The notes below the pieces were generated by a model. That model was not told the DNA's origin. It ran no database searches and worked only from the letters and a program-made list of their open reading frames with translations. A DNA stretch of 64,000 bases. Origin: Centroscyllium fabricii. Lineage: Eukaryota. The number at the start of each line of letters is the position of its first letter. The stretch's first letter is position 1. Positions 47,109 to 58,434 of the stretch are shown in pieces. Position numbers and translations under genes: made by a program. The stretch is from assembly GCA_051313645.2 (NCBI GenBank), contig JBNRSN020000024.1:59644001-59708000 (forward strand). Reading direction: 5' to 3'.

Positions 47109-47884
47109 CAAAGCTATTTGATTCGATTTGTCAGAGCTCTTGCTTTTTATTGTTCGGAGATTCACCGGCAGTACCACGACGCATCAGAGTATTTCCAAAT
47201 TAGATCTGTGAAGGAGTTAATGTGGGAAGCCTATTTCTGCTTGGCATTAAGGCCATGTGTTTGTAGTTGTTTATCTTATAATATTTATAGTACCAGTGAG
47301 TCACAGCTAAAAATGAAACTAGCTTCAATGCATAATGAAAATATAGGGCAGTTGGGGCTGTGCCAGGTCATAATTGGCAACTGTAATTTGCACTAATGTG
47401 ATTTTCATGATGGTGGACCAAATCCTCTGGAGAGATTTGGAAGGCACTTTCAATAAAGAGATGGGAGGCACTAAAGTGCCCGCTGTGCTAACAATAATGC
47501 TGACAAAATGTAATAAATGAAATTTTTATTCTTCCATAAACAGAATATTTGATTTGTAAGCCTTTTCAATATTAAATGAATCCTAATTGCAACTCATTTT
47601 CACCAGTGATCCTTCTCAGTTTCTCACACTTTTCATATTTAACAGCTTGGCATTAAGTGTTGTCGATTTGTTTCTGCTCCATGATCTGTCCCCTGTTGGT
47701 GAGACGCGCGCTTCTCCTGGTGGTAACATGGGACAGTCAGGGTGTGTTTTGTACTCTGATTTTTTTTGCCCAGTGCTTCATCTGGTGGCTGGAGGAGCAG
47801 TACAAGATGGCCATCTGAAGAAGGTAGTTCACATGATGAGCAGCTCCTTGCTCTTGTGTTCACAACTTTTCCGGTTCAACTTTG

Positions 47885-48665
47885 TCATCGAGTCATACAG
47901 CACAGAAAGAGGCCCTTCGGCCCATCGCGTCCGCACCGGCCATCAAGCCCAGTCTATTCTTAATCCCATTTTCCTGCATTTGGTCCGTAGCCTTGTATGC
48001 TATGGCATTTCAAGTGCTCATCTAAATGCTTCTTGAATGTTGTAAGAAGTCACACAACACCAGGTTATAGTCCAACAGTTTTATTTGAAATCACAAGCTT
48101 TCAGAGCTCTGCTCCTTCGTCAGGTGTTTGTCCACCCCAGTCCAACACCATCACCTCCACTTCTTGAATGTTGTGAGGGTTCCTACCTCGACCACCCTTT
48201 CAGGCAGTGAGTTCCAGATTCCAACCACCCTCTGGGTGAAAAAGTTCTTCCTCAAAACCCCTCTAATCCTCCCGTCCCTTACCTTGAAACTATGCCCCCT
48301 TATTATTGACCCTTCTACTAAGGGAAAAAGTTCCTTTCTATCTACCCTATCTATGCCCCTCATAATTTTGTACACCTCAATCAGGTCCCCCCTCAGCCTT
48401 CTCTGCTCCAAGGAAAACAACCCCAGCCTGTCCAGTCTCTCTTCATAGCTGAAGCGCTCCAGCCCAGGTAACATTCTGGTGAATCTCCTCTGCACCCTCT
48501 CCAAAGCAATCACATCCTTCCTATAGCGTGGCGACCAGAACTGCACACAGTACTCCAGCTGTGGCCTTACCAGCGTTTTGTACAGCTCCATCATAACCTC
48601 CCTGCTCTTGTATTCTATGCCTCAGCTAATGAAGGCAAGTATCCCACATGCTTTTTTAACCACCT
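47885..48665 (-). mobile_element. CR1 LINE 3' fragment with PLE insertion at 48044-48160
   Basis: MELYKTLVRPQLEYCVQFWSP...FFTQRVVGIWNSLPERVVEVGTLTTFKK. Confidence 0.9.
48044..48160. mobile_element. PLE family B insertion with hammerhead (48091-48126, minus strand)
   Basis: TSD TTCTTGAATGTTGT at 48030-48043 and 48161-48174; minus strand CAC-CTGACGA-A-GGAGC AGA GCTCT-GAAAGCTT-GTGA. Confidence 0.82.
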
Positions 48666-49618
48666 CGCTGCTTGAGCTATTGAAACCCCTCACTCTTATC
48701 TTTAATTTCTTCTGGTCTCAATTTTTAAAGCATAGGAACTGCCTTATTTTGAGGATTCATCATTTTAACGCTATTTGGCAGATTTTGGATTTTTCAACTA
48801 AACGGTCATTTTGATGCGAGTGTACCCCACGCAGTTCGGTGATGACCTGTAATCAGGTGCTCATTTTATGGGAAATGTCATCTAACAGTTGTATTGTGGA
48901 ATCTGAGGTAAAGTTACATATATGTATTAGTAGTTCCATTAGGTGATCCGACTAGCTTACAGTTATCACATCTGTGGTCTAAGACACAATATGCTGTGGT
49001 ACTGCCGACTTCATATATACCTGCTGTACAGAAGTGTTTAATGATCCTAGGATGTTGTCGTAAATGAAGGGGAGTCATTAATAATTGACTATAGCCATAA
49101 GCATTTTGCTCTTGTACAGTAGTATCGTGCAAAAGTGGGGCCTTAAATAGGCTTGTGATTCCATGCATGACAGATAACCATATCATGTCGAGAAATTAGA
49201 TTTGAAAGCAGTTTTAACATTAAAATTATAGACATTTTAAAACGTCCTGCATGCACTGCTTGCTTCCTGCCACACACACATTTGCTAAGTTGAACCCTAT
49301 TTCCTAAACTGAGCTCTGGCTAATTATTCCCATGTGACTCACTAGTTCTCCGAGCTGCTGATTTGCACCTCAGAAGCAGGTGGAGCTGTTCTCAGCAGCT
49401 CCAGACGCCGAAACATCAGGCACCTCGACTGCTGGTCTGCTGCCATGTTTCTGACGGGTATGTTTGACTTCCTGTGCTGTGCTACAGCCAACCTGCCTGT
49501 GTCATGGGAATCATGGTGTTCCCATTTGGGATTTAGCTACCAACACCGCTAAGAAAATCACTTTGCCAAACTTTGGGCAGCTGAAATTCAAATAGGACAG
49601 CCTAGCAAGTAAAAAATA

Positions 49619-50377
49619 CATGATGAGCACCGGTAATCCGGCGCCTGATGGTCCGGCAGCTTCAGTGGTCCGGCACGATTGGAAACCGGCGCTCTTCATT
49701 TTGCGGAGCAGCTGTACGGCGGCGCCACCGTTTCCCGCGAAGGGTGAGCGAGCGCCGAAGGTGTCGGGCGTTTAGGTTTCTGTTTTTTTTAGGTTTTGTA
49801 AGTGTTCTGTCCCCGGGCTCCCTCCCAGGGAGTGTTCTACCCGCGCGCTCCGGGCCCAGGGGAGTGGCCTACCCGCGCACTCCAGGCCCAGGGGAGTGTT
49901 CTACCCGCACGCTCTGGGCCCAGGCGTGTGTTCTACCGCACGTTCCAGGCCCAGGGGAGTGTTCTACCCGTGCGCTCCGGGCCCCGGGGAATGTTCTACT
50001 GCGCTCTCCGGGCCCCGGGGAGTGTTCTGCCGTGCTCTCCGGGCCCTGGGGAGTGTTCTACCCGCGCGCTCAGGGCCCAGGGGAGTGTTCTACTGCACGC
50101 TCCGGGCCCAGGGGAGTGCTCTACCCGCACGCTGTGGGCCCCGGGGAGTGTTCTACTGCGTGCTCCGGGCCCTGGGGAGTGTTCTACCACACGTTACGGG
50201 CCCCGGGGAGTGTTCTAGCACGCGCTACAGGCCCCGGGGAGTATTCTACCGCGCGCTCCGGGCCCAGGGGAGTGTCCTACCCGCGCGCTCCCCCCTCGAA
50301 CCTTCATTGATTCGGAATTTTCAGCGGTCCGGCACCGGCCTGGTCCCGAGGGTGCCGGATTAACGGTGCTCAACCTG
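49619..50377. mobile_element. Tigger-like MITE with the same ~31-bp minisatellite, inverted relative to 45419-46464
   Basis: Same TIRs with TA TSD; repeat unit GGGGAGTGTTCTACCCGCGCGCTCCGGGCCC at about 49800-50290. Confidence 0.86.
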
Positions 50378-50980
50378 TATTAGTGCAAAAAGGACCGAGT
50401 TGCCTGGATTTTCTGAGCTGTGTGTGGACCACTGTCTGCAGCTTGCGCGTCCACAGTAATTTCATTGTGCCACAAACCAATCTGCAGCAAACCTTATTTT
50501 ACACACATGTAGAAAATTGAAAGAACCATATGAAAGGTTCATTGTACCATTGAATATAGTATCTCGGGTACCATTAAAGTTTGTTAGAGCAGCGCTAAGC
50601 CTGCTGTTCCCTTCGATTAGCTGGAGTGTCAGACACAGTAGTGAAGCAAGCGTTTCTGTCCCATGGGCAGCTATTGATGGAGAATCAGACTGTGGTCGGA
50701 AGCACCACACAGCTGTAGTCCGCTCAACCCACCCACTCTGAAAATGTCAGTCCTCGCAGGGTGGTAGCAAACTTAAAAAAAAAAAAATCAATAGAAATAA
50801 ATTATAACTGTCACCTGTGCTAATTAAGGAGTATTGCTTCTTTAACAAATGTTATAATGAAGCCGTGTTGTAGCCTTGTTTGAAGTGGATTGATCTGTTT
50901 GCATGCTAGCTGTAGCTATATTGTCTTGCTGTTGAAACCAAGTGCATGCCGGGGCTCACGTTGTTCTCTTTGCTTCACAG

Positions 50981-51163
50981 CAACTATTGCCAAAGTCATT
51001 GACCGGTTTGACGAGGGAGAAGATGACTGCACATTTGACAGTAAACTGCGGAAATATGCTTCCGTGTTGCTGTCCGATACAGACAGGAGGTATGCCGGGC
51101 AGGCAACCTCTCGAAAGGCATTGCAGGAAGAGACTGGAGAGGATTCTTTGTCTGGCGCATCAG
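50981..51163 (+). CDS. AATF: AATF exon 2
   Basis: Acceptor TTCACAG; (A)TIAKVIDRFDEGEDD...LRKYASVLLSDTDRRYAGQATSRKAL; donor GTAAGG; 183 nt. Confidence 0.92.
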
Positions 51164-51601
51164 GTAAGGTGATGTGCCTCAGCGCTTTCACAGTTTCAAG
51201 CAGTCCTAATAACACCATACACCCAGGCCGTGGGAGTCGGATCCATCCCAAGTAATAGCTGTGCAGTTCGTATGCTTTATACTGTCCCACGTTTATGGGT
51301 GGGTAATTGATTTAGTGTTGTCACATGGTTGGGGCTTTCTCCATTTTCTAGCTTCAAAGTGGGAGCAAAAACTTCACAAAAAATAGTCTTTTCGCTTGAA
51401 AATGCATGTGATGAAAAATACAGCAATGTTCCTCCGTTAGCAGGGATTCAGAGGAAATAAGCAGTGACATTAGTCTTTGCACATTTCCCTTTTTTATTTT
51501 TAGCTGCAGTAGAATTATTTCCAAAATGCGGTTTTCTATTTTTAATGGGCTGTATTTGGATTCTGCAAAAATAAATGTTGTGTAATTTATACGGATGGTT
51601 A

Positions 51602-52250
51602 TAACAACAGAAAACGCTGGAGAAACTCAGCAGGCCCGGCAGCAGCGGTGGAGAGAGAGAAGCAGAGTTGACGTTTCAGGTCGATGACCTTTCTTCAGAA
51701 CTGGAGAAACCCGGAGGGGGGGATAGATTTTAAAGCAAGTAGGGGCTGGGGAAAGGGGGGTGGGGGAGCTGAAGGAAGATCAGTGACCGGCTAGAAGGCG
51801 GGGGAGATAGAAACATAGAAACTAGAAGCAGGAGTAGGCCATTCGGCCCTTCGAGCCTGCTCCGCCATTCAATGAGATCATGGCTGATCATCCAAACCCA
51901 GCACCCTGTCCCTGCCCTCTCCCCATATCCCTCGATCCCTATCGAGCCTGCACCGACACATATCCCACCCTATCCCCGTAACCCCACATATTCAATCCCC
52001 CTAACACTAAGGGTCAATTTATCCTGGCCAATCAACCTAACCCGCACATCTTTGGACTGTGGGAGGAAACCGGAGCACCCGGAGGAAACCCACGCAGACA
52101 TGGGGAGAATGTGCAAACTCCACACAGATAGTCACCCGAGGCCGGATTTGAACCCGGGTCTCTAGTGCTGTGAGGCAACAGTGCTAACCACTGTGCCGCC
52201 GTGCTGCCCTGAGAGATAGTGGCAGAAATTCAAGGAACACAGGATGGTAA
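51602..52250 (-). mobile_element. PLE family A fragment (hammerhead 51666-51702) split by a full V-SINE (51808-52209, tail B)
   Basis: Minus-strand core AGTT-CTGAAGA-A-AGGTC ATC GACCT-GAAACGTC-AACT with a GUC triplet. The PLE resumes CAGAAATTCAAGGAACACAGGATGG after the SINE. Confidence 0.8.
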
Positions 52251-53057
52251 CTGTGTGTCGTTTGGGCTTTAAATATAACCTGGAAGCGGGAGTAGTATTC
52301 ACCTGCTGAAGTAAGCAGCTGACATTTAATTGAATAGAAATTATTGTAATGGCTGTAGGTCCCAAATGCCTTGGAATTCTCCACTTTTGAGTCACTTTAA
52401 ATAGAGGTGACTATACTCTGCGCCCCTGTGAATTTATTTTTATTAAATAACTGCCGATCGCAAGGCTGCACAGCACAGCACAGCACATCACTGCTTTTTT
52501 GGAAGTTGCCCGGTATATCTTGCTCTTGGAAATAAAAGAAAACGTATTTCGAGAGAAGGCATTGAATCTCCTTGGATTCCACCCTGCGTACTGTACAGTT
52601 CATACAGCTATTTGTCAATGTTTGAAGTGTTTGCTTTAAACATTTGATCGTGACCGTGAATTCCCTTCATGTTAGCCTATTACATGTTGGAAATATGCAT
52701 ATGCCACATAGCAACTTAACCTGGCAGCAGGGTGCCTACCAAATTGGGCCATCTGGTTAATTTTCTGGTTTCAATTTGTGTAGCTAATGAAAAATTAAGT
52801 TGTGTGAGCACTGCCAGCTTAAGGTGTTGCAGGGTTGTAGTTTCATCTCCAGTTTTAGCAAAACCTTAAAGCTGAAGGGAAATCCAAATAGGTCATGCGG
52901 TATAAGCATTTAGATGGGGAATTCTGAGTTATTTTACATATCCTTTCAATATGTACCTAAAATTTGTGTAAAATGTTTGCTAAGCAAGCAGGCAAAAAGC
53001 ATGATGTCTTAAGAAACCTGTTTTAAACTTTCAACATTTTATGCCCATAATCGTTAG

Positions 53058-53393
53058 ATGATGAGGAAGAAGCAGCTGAGGACATGGAAAGCGCTGAGGA
53101 TGAAGAAGATGACGAGGAAGAGAACGCAGAATCTTTGAGTAATAAGATAAAAGAATGTAATTTTGACTTCCAAAAAATCAAAGACTTTGAGAAATTCACA
53201 GAAGGCATGGATGATGTTGGAGAAAGTGATGATAGTGGCGAAGAGGAGGAGGAGGAGGAGGAGGAGGAGGATGATCAAGATGATGACAGAAGCGATGAAG
53301 ATGCGGAGAAAGACAATGTCACAGTAATGACATTCTCCAAGGAAAAAGTGGCCGAAGAGGTGGAGAAGGGACAGTCAGTAAAAAACCAAATAG
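53058..53393 (+). CDS. AATF: AATF exon 3 (acidic region)
   Basis: DDEEEAAEDMESAEDE...FEKFTEGMDDVG...(GAG)n...VMTFSKEKVAEEVEKGQSVKNQI; donor GTATGT; 336 nt. The acceptor is weaker but in phase. Confidence 0.88.
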
Positions 53394-53552
53394 GTATGTC
53401 AATGTTTCCTTTGTACTGGTGATAAAGTGGTTACTGTGGTCTTGTGTTTACATTAGGAAATAAATGTTTGGTCGTGTTAAAAAAAGCATAATTTCCCTTT
53501 TTCCCCCCCCCCCTTGACCTTTGGTTACATTTTCACTATTCTCACCAATCTA

Positions 53553-53907
53553 CAGGTCGGGCACCGTTAATCCGGCACCCAAAAAACCGGCAGCTTCAGA
53601 CGTCCGGCAAAGATTTCCCCGACTGCCCTGCGCCTGTGCAAAATGGCCGCCGCGCGTGGCTACGCATGCCCGGGCCTCCCCGACTGGTCTGCGCATGCGC
53701 AACATGGCCGCCACACTTGGCTGCGCATGCCCGGGCCTCCCCGAACGATTGATGCTTCGGCGAGCGCCTGCGCAGACCATCCAAAATTTCGCGGTGGCCA
53801 TTTTGAATGATCTGCGCATGCGCCGCCGAAGCTTCAATCATTCGGCCTTTTCAAAAATTCGGCACGGTGCTGGCCCCGACCATGCCGGATTAACGAAGCT
53901 TAACCTG
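53553..53907. mobile_element. Tigger-like MITE
   Basis: TIRs CAGGTCGGGCACCGTTAATCCGG / CCGGATTAACGAAGCTTAACCTG with TA TSD; interior homologous to 44114-44843. Confidence 0.78.
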
Positions 53908-54178
53908 TACATCCTGCAACCTGGTGGAGTGTGGAGTTGATCTGTGATTTTTTACATTCAATCAATGTCATTATGTGATCAGTCGAGGCAGGTTTTCTTC
54001 TGCAGGGCAGGGTTGATTCTGCTCGTCTTCAATTAAAAGTAATATTCTTCAAGAATGTTTCAAAGTGTTAATGGAGTAATGACTGAATTTCACCCCTGTT
54101 ACCTTGCTACATTCCAAAGATACTGCATAAACCTTGTAACAACTTAGCCTGGTGGAAACTGGATGATTTGGTGAATAA

Positions 54179-54560
54179 GGACGACACGGTGGCGCAGTGG
54201 TTAGCACTGCTGCCTCGCAATAAGGAGCTCCTGGGTTCGAATCCTGCTTGGCCCGGGACACCTCTGCGTGGAGTTTGCATGTTCTCCCCGTGTTCGTGTG
54301 GGTTTCCTCCGGGTACTCCAGTTTCCTCCCACCAACCAAAGACATGCAGGTTAGGTGAATTGGAGATACTAAAATAAAAATTGCCCATGAGTGTGTGTGT
54401 GAGATATAGTTCTTGGAGTTGGGGGTGTCGGGCGATATGGGGAGAGGGTAGGAGGGGGGTGCTGGGTTTGGATGATCAGCCATGATCTCATCGAAAATGG
54501 CGGAGCAGGCTCGAAGGGCCGAATGGCCTACTCCTGCTCCTATCTTCTGTGTGTTTCTGT
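54179..54560 (+). mobile_element. Divergent V-SINE with tail B
   Basis: tRNA head ACACGGTGGCGCAGTGGTTAGC...GGTTCGAATCC, V-domain, a different linker, and the same CR1-derived tail. Confidence 0.78.
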
Positions 54561-54925
54561 GTAGGCTGGTGCCCCAATGTGCTGCACTGCTTTATAGGAA
54601 GATGCAGGCTTCTCCCAAAAATTCTGTGCCCTGATCTCAACCTCGGTGTCGGGCAGTAACTAGGTGCCTTTCTGCAGGAAAGACGTAACCTTTGAGTTCT
54701 TGCATGCATTTCTGGTGGCTGACTGTCCCAGGGAAACCTAAAGAGGGAGGAGGGAATAAGATGAAGATCAAAGATAAATGTAAACATTGGAATCTGACAC
54801 AGAACTATATGTTCCAAGTTACCATAATGATTGAATTCACGCTTCCTGGGGTTGTGTGTTTTCGGCTTCCCAGCCCATGAAGAGGGACTTAAGTTTTTTT
54901 TTAAATAAGTGTACCCGATGAGAGT

Positions 54926-56050
54926 AAGAACATAAGAACATAAGAAGTAGGAGCAGGAGTCGGCCATAAGGCCCCTCGGGCCTGCTCCGCCATTCAATAG
55001 GATCATGGCTGATCCGAACTTAGACTCACGTCCACCTCCCTGCCCGCTCGCCGTAAGAGTTGTTGTGTTGATTCATAACTTTATTCTCATCTCCTCTTCT
55101 CCCCATCCCCATCACCCAACTAAAAAAGCCTGACAATCTGTGGACAATGTTGTATTTCTGATGCAGATTTGTGTAGTATTCGAAGGCAGTGGGAAATTCT
55201 GATGCTTGAATCGGGCCTGGCAGTAATTCCTGCTGTGCCAGTTTGGCTTTCTTCTAGCTGAAGCAGCCTTCCTACGTTTAAGTAGGGACTGCCTCTCGTG
55301 GCACTAAAGGGGCATAGCTCTTGCCAGCTATGAACACAAGAATGTTCTAAACTTTCAAAAATGGTTTAAAGCACTTAATTAGTTCCTTTAGTTTGTTGCC
55401 TTCCTCATGTGAGTATTAACCAAATTGCATTTTTCTTCCTGGATTAGATTTAGTAACTGTGTGTCCCTGTATTCGGATAAACTCTGTTTTCTATTTGTCT
55501 GTATGAATTGCTTAGAACATAAGAAATAGGAGCAGGAGTCGGCCAATCGGCTCCTCGAGCCCGCTCCGCCATTCAACAAGATCAAGGCTGATCTGATCCT
55601 AACCTCACATCTACTTTCACTCTCCATCCCGCCCGAACCCATGTGACCTCCCGGGAGAGGCGAAAAACCAGCTAAAAAACCCAGTGGCCAATTTGGGAGA
55701 AAAAATCTGGGAAATTCCTCTTCGACCCATCTAGGCGATCGAAACTCATCCAGGAGATCACTCTGGCCCTGAATTTCATGCAAAACCTACCTTCTGTAAG
55801 AGGTGACCAGGCCACACGGCCCCCGGGCCCGCTCCGCCACCCACAGGGCCATGGCCGATCCGAACCTAGACTCGCGTCCACTTACCTGCCCGCTCACCGT
55901 AACCCCTAATTCCCTTTACTTCCAGGAAACTGTCTATCTCGGTTTTAAATTTATTCAATGTTGTAGTTTCCAGAGCTCTCTGGGGCAGCAAATTCCACAG
56001 ACCCACTACCCTCTGAGCGAAGAAGTTTCTCCTTATCTCAGTTTTGAAAC
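54926..56050 (-). mobile_element. CR1 3'-end fragments (54926-55056, 55514-55620, 55805-56048)
   Basis: (AAGAACAT)n tails and GGAGCAGGAGT...CCGCCATTCAA hairpin ends. Confidence 0.7.
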
Positions 56051-56317
56051 TGTTTTGGTAACTTTTGTGATGGGCCTGTCCTTAAAGTGTGACTGACCTT
56101 CTCAGCAGGCTTTGGGCAGCTTTGCCACTCAGTGACTGACCAAGCAAAAGTATTAGAAAATCCTATCTTTTACTCTTCCAGTTCTTCCTTCCTACTGTCT
56201 TCAGAATGACTGTTTCACCATTTGTTTTAAAAACTCCGTGCTCCTGGGGTACAGTTCCACAGTGGTTTTCATAACTATTTATCACTTATTGAGGCAGTCA
56301 TTTTTGTCTTGCATATA

Positions 56318-56870
56318 CAGGTTGAGCACCGAAAATCCGTGACCCGAAACGCCGGCAGCTTCAGTCTGCCGGAACAAATTGCCCCGACTGCACTGCGCAT
56401 GCGCAAAATGGCAGCCGCGATCGCGGCTTCGGCGAATGATCTGCGCATGCACCGCCGAACGGCGAGCGCATGCGCAGATCATTTAAAACGGCTGCCGGGT
56501 GTTTTGAATGATCTGCACATGCGTCGCCGGACGGCTAGCGCATGCGCAGATCATTCAAAACGGCCGCCGGACGAGCCGGGCCTTTCGTGGCGTCAGGGCG
56601 TGGCGGTTCGCGCCGCGTTTTGAATGTGCGAGTCCCGAGCGCCCGCCAAGGTGAAGCGCGCGGTTTCCCGGAGCAGCCTGCAGGAGGAGGCACAAACCGC
56701 AGCTGAGAGTCCACAAAGACGTTCGGCAGCCATTTCCAATGTTGTGCGCATGCACGCGGCCATTTTGCATGGTGCGCGCATGCGCACTGACCGACTTAAT
56801 TCTGCCGGTTTTTTCACTTTCCCGGCATGGGCCTGGTCCCGCCCATGCCGGATTTCCGGTGCTCAACCTC
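56318..56870. mobile_element. Tigger-like MITE (inverted homologue of 41361-42008)
   Basis: TIRs CAGGTTGAGCACCG / CGGTGCTCAACCTC with TA TSD. Confidence 0.8.
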
Positions 56871-57695
56871 TACTGCTGTTTTGACACTCCCGTTTACATT
56901 CATGTTTTGAAGTAGGATCATCATACTTGGTAATGTAAACTGCATATTTCCTATCTATCGCCTTCCACTTTCTGTGTTGGACTTTGAAAAGAAGGGTGAC
57001 TAACTCCCCAGAAATGCACAATTCGAGAGCCAGGATGTCTGCAGTCTTTCAATTAATGAACTTGCTCAGCATTAAGCGCTTTTAAATTGACTTCTATAAT
57101 CCCAATGCTTACTTAATAGCAAATGGATTTTGTAGCCTTAATGGGACACACACTTGTGTCTGTAATGTTCCAGAGTTTATAAAAGAGTGCATCCTCTCAT
57201 TTGTTATAAACAGCTATTATGAAAAACAGTATGTCTAGTGCACACTTCTGGTCACATCTAGTGCTCAAGCCAAATTTCTGTGTAGCCCTCACTTCAAAAA
57301 AAATCAAGCAATTCTTCAAGAATGCAAAATACCAGAGCCAAAATATTTGTAGTCTCTTAATTAACCTTTGTGCAAACTCTCGCCCAGTAACAGTAATTAT
57401 ACTTTGTCGCCTTAAATAGACACATCATATTAGCAGAGAAATAATAAACAACTGGATATTTGCTAATACATTAAAAGCTGTATTTTGGTGCATGCACACA
57501 TTACTGATGCAAAGTAATCTGTTTTTGGAAGAAAGAAGCGATGGGAGCCATTTTCTTTATCCAGGGTACTTTCACCTGATGCTGAAACGGATAAATACTT
57601 TGCAGTTTGCAAAGTTCCCATACCAACTAACAATTAAACTGTGGCCTGAGTTTGTGTTTACTTAATAACCGCGATTCGACTTTGTTACTTTAAAG

Positions 57696-58434
57696 CAGTG
57701 GTCCCCAACCTTTTTGGGTTCGCGGCCCGTTTTGGGGTTGTCAATTTCTTCGCGGACCGGTGGGGGGGTTCTGACGGAGATTTTTAGCCTCGGCGGGGGC
57801 TGACGGAGATTTTTAGCCTCAGCGGGGGGGGGGGGGGGAGGGGAGGGGAGGGGGGGGGGGTTGAAGGAGCTTTTTAGCCTCAGTTGAGGGGGGGGGTGAC
57901 GAAGATTTTCTAGGCTGGCGGGGTAATTAGACTGACCTGCTGGGCTGCTGCCTTGCGTTTATGAAACGTCTAGCGTCGAAGGTAGGTTTCTAGAATCTGC
58001 GCATGCGCCGATTCACAGACCCTGCCGCTGCAATTCCTTCACTTGCCATCCGGCAGCAGCTGGGTCTGTGAGGCGGCGCATGCGTAGATTCACAGACCCT
58101 GCCGCTGCAATTCCTTCAGTTGCCAGCGGCCAGCGGCTGGGTCTGTGAGGCGGCGCATGCGTAGATTCACAGACCCTGCCGCTGCAATTCCTTCAGTTGC
58201 CAGCGGCTGGGTCTGTGAGGCGGCGCATGCGCAGATTCACAGACCCTGCCGCTGCAATTCCTTCAGTTGCCAGCGGCTGGGTCTGTGAGGCGACGCATGC
58301 GACGATCATTAGCCGACGGTCCGCGGCAAGGTCGTTGATTCGGCGCATGCGCGGATTCTCAGAACCGTCCGCGGACCGGTAAAACTGTCCCGCGGCCTGG
58401 AGCCGGTCCGCGGACCGGCGGTTGGAGACCGCTG
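57696..58434. mobile_element. hAT-Charlie-like MITE with an internal ~70-bp tandem repeat
   Basis: TIRs CAGTGGTCCCCAACC / GGTTGGAGACCGCTG; 8-bp TSD CTTTAAAG at 57688-57695 and 58435-58442. Confidence 0.85.

Noticed and set aside
53240-53270. (GAG)n repeat as an unusual expansion
   Set aside because: It is a short poly-Glu run within the normally acidic, variable N-terminal region of AATF.
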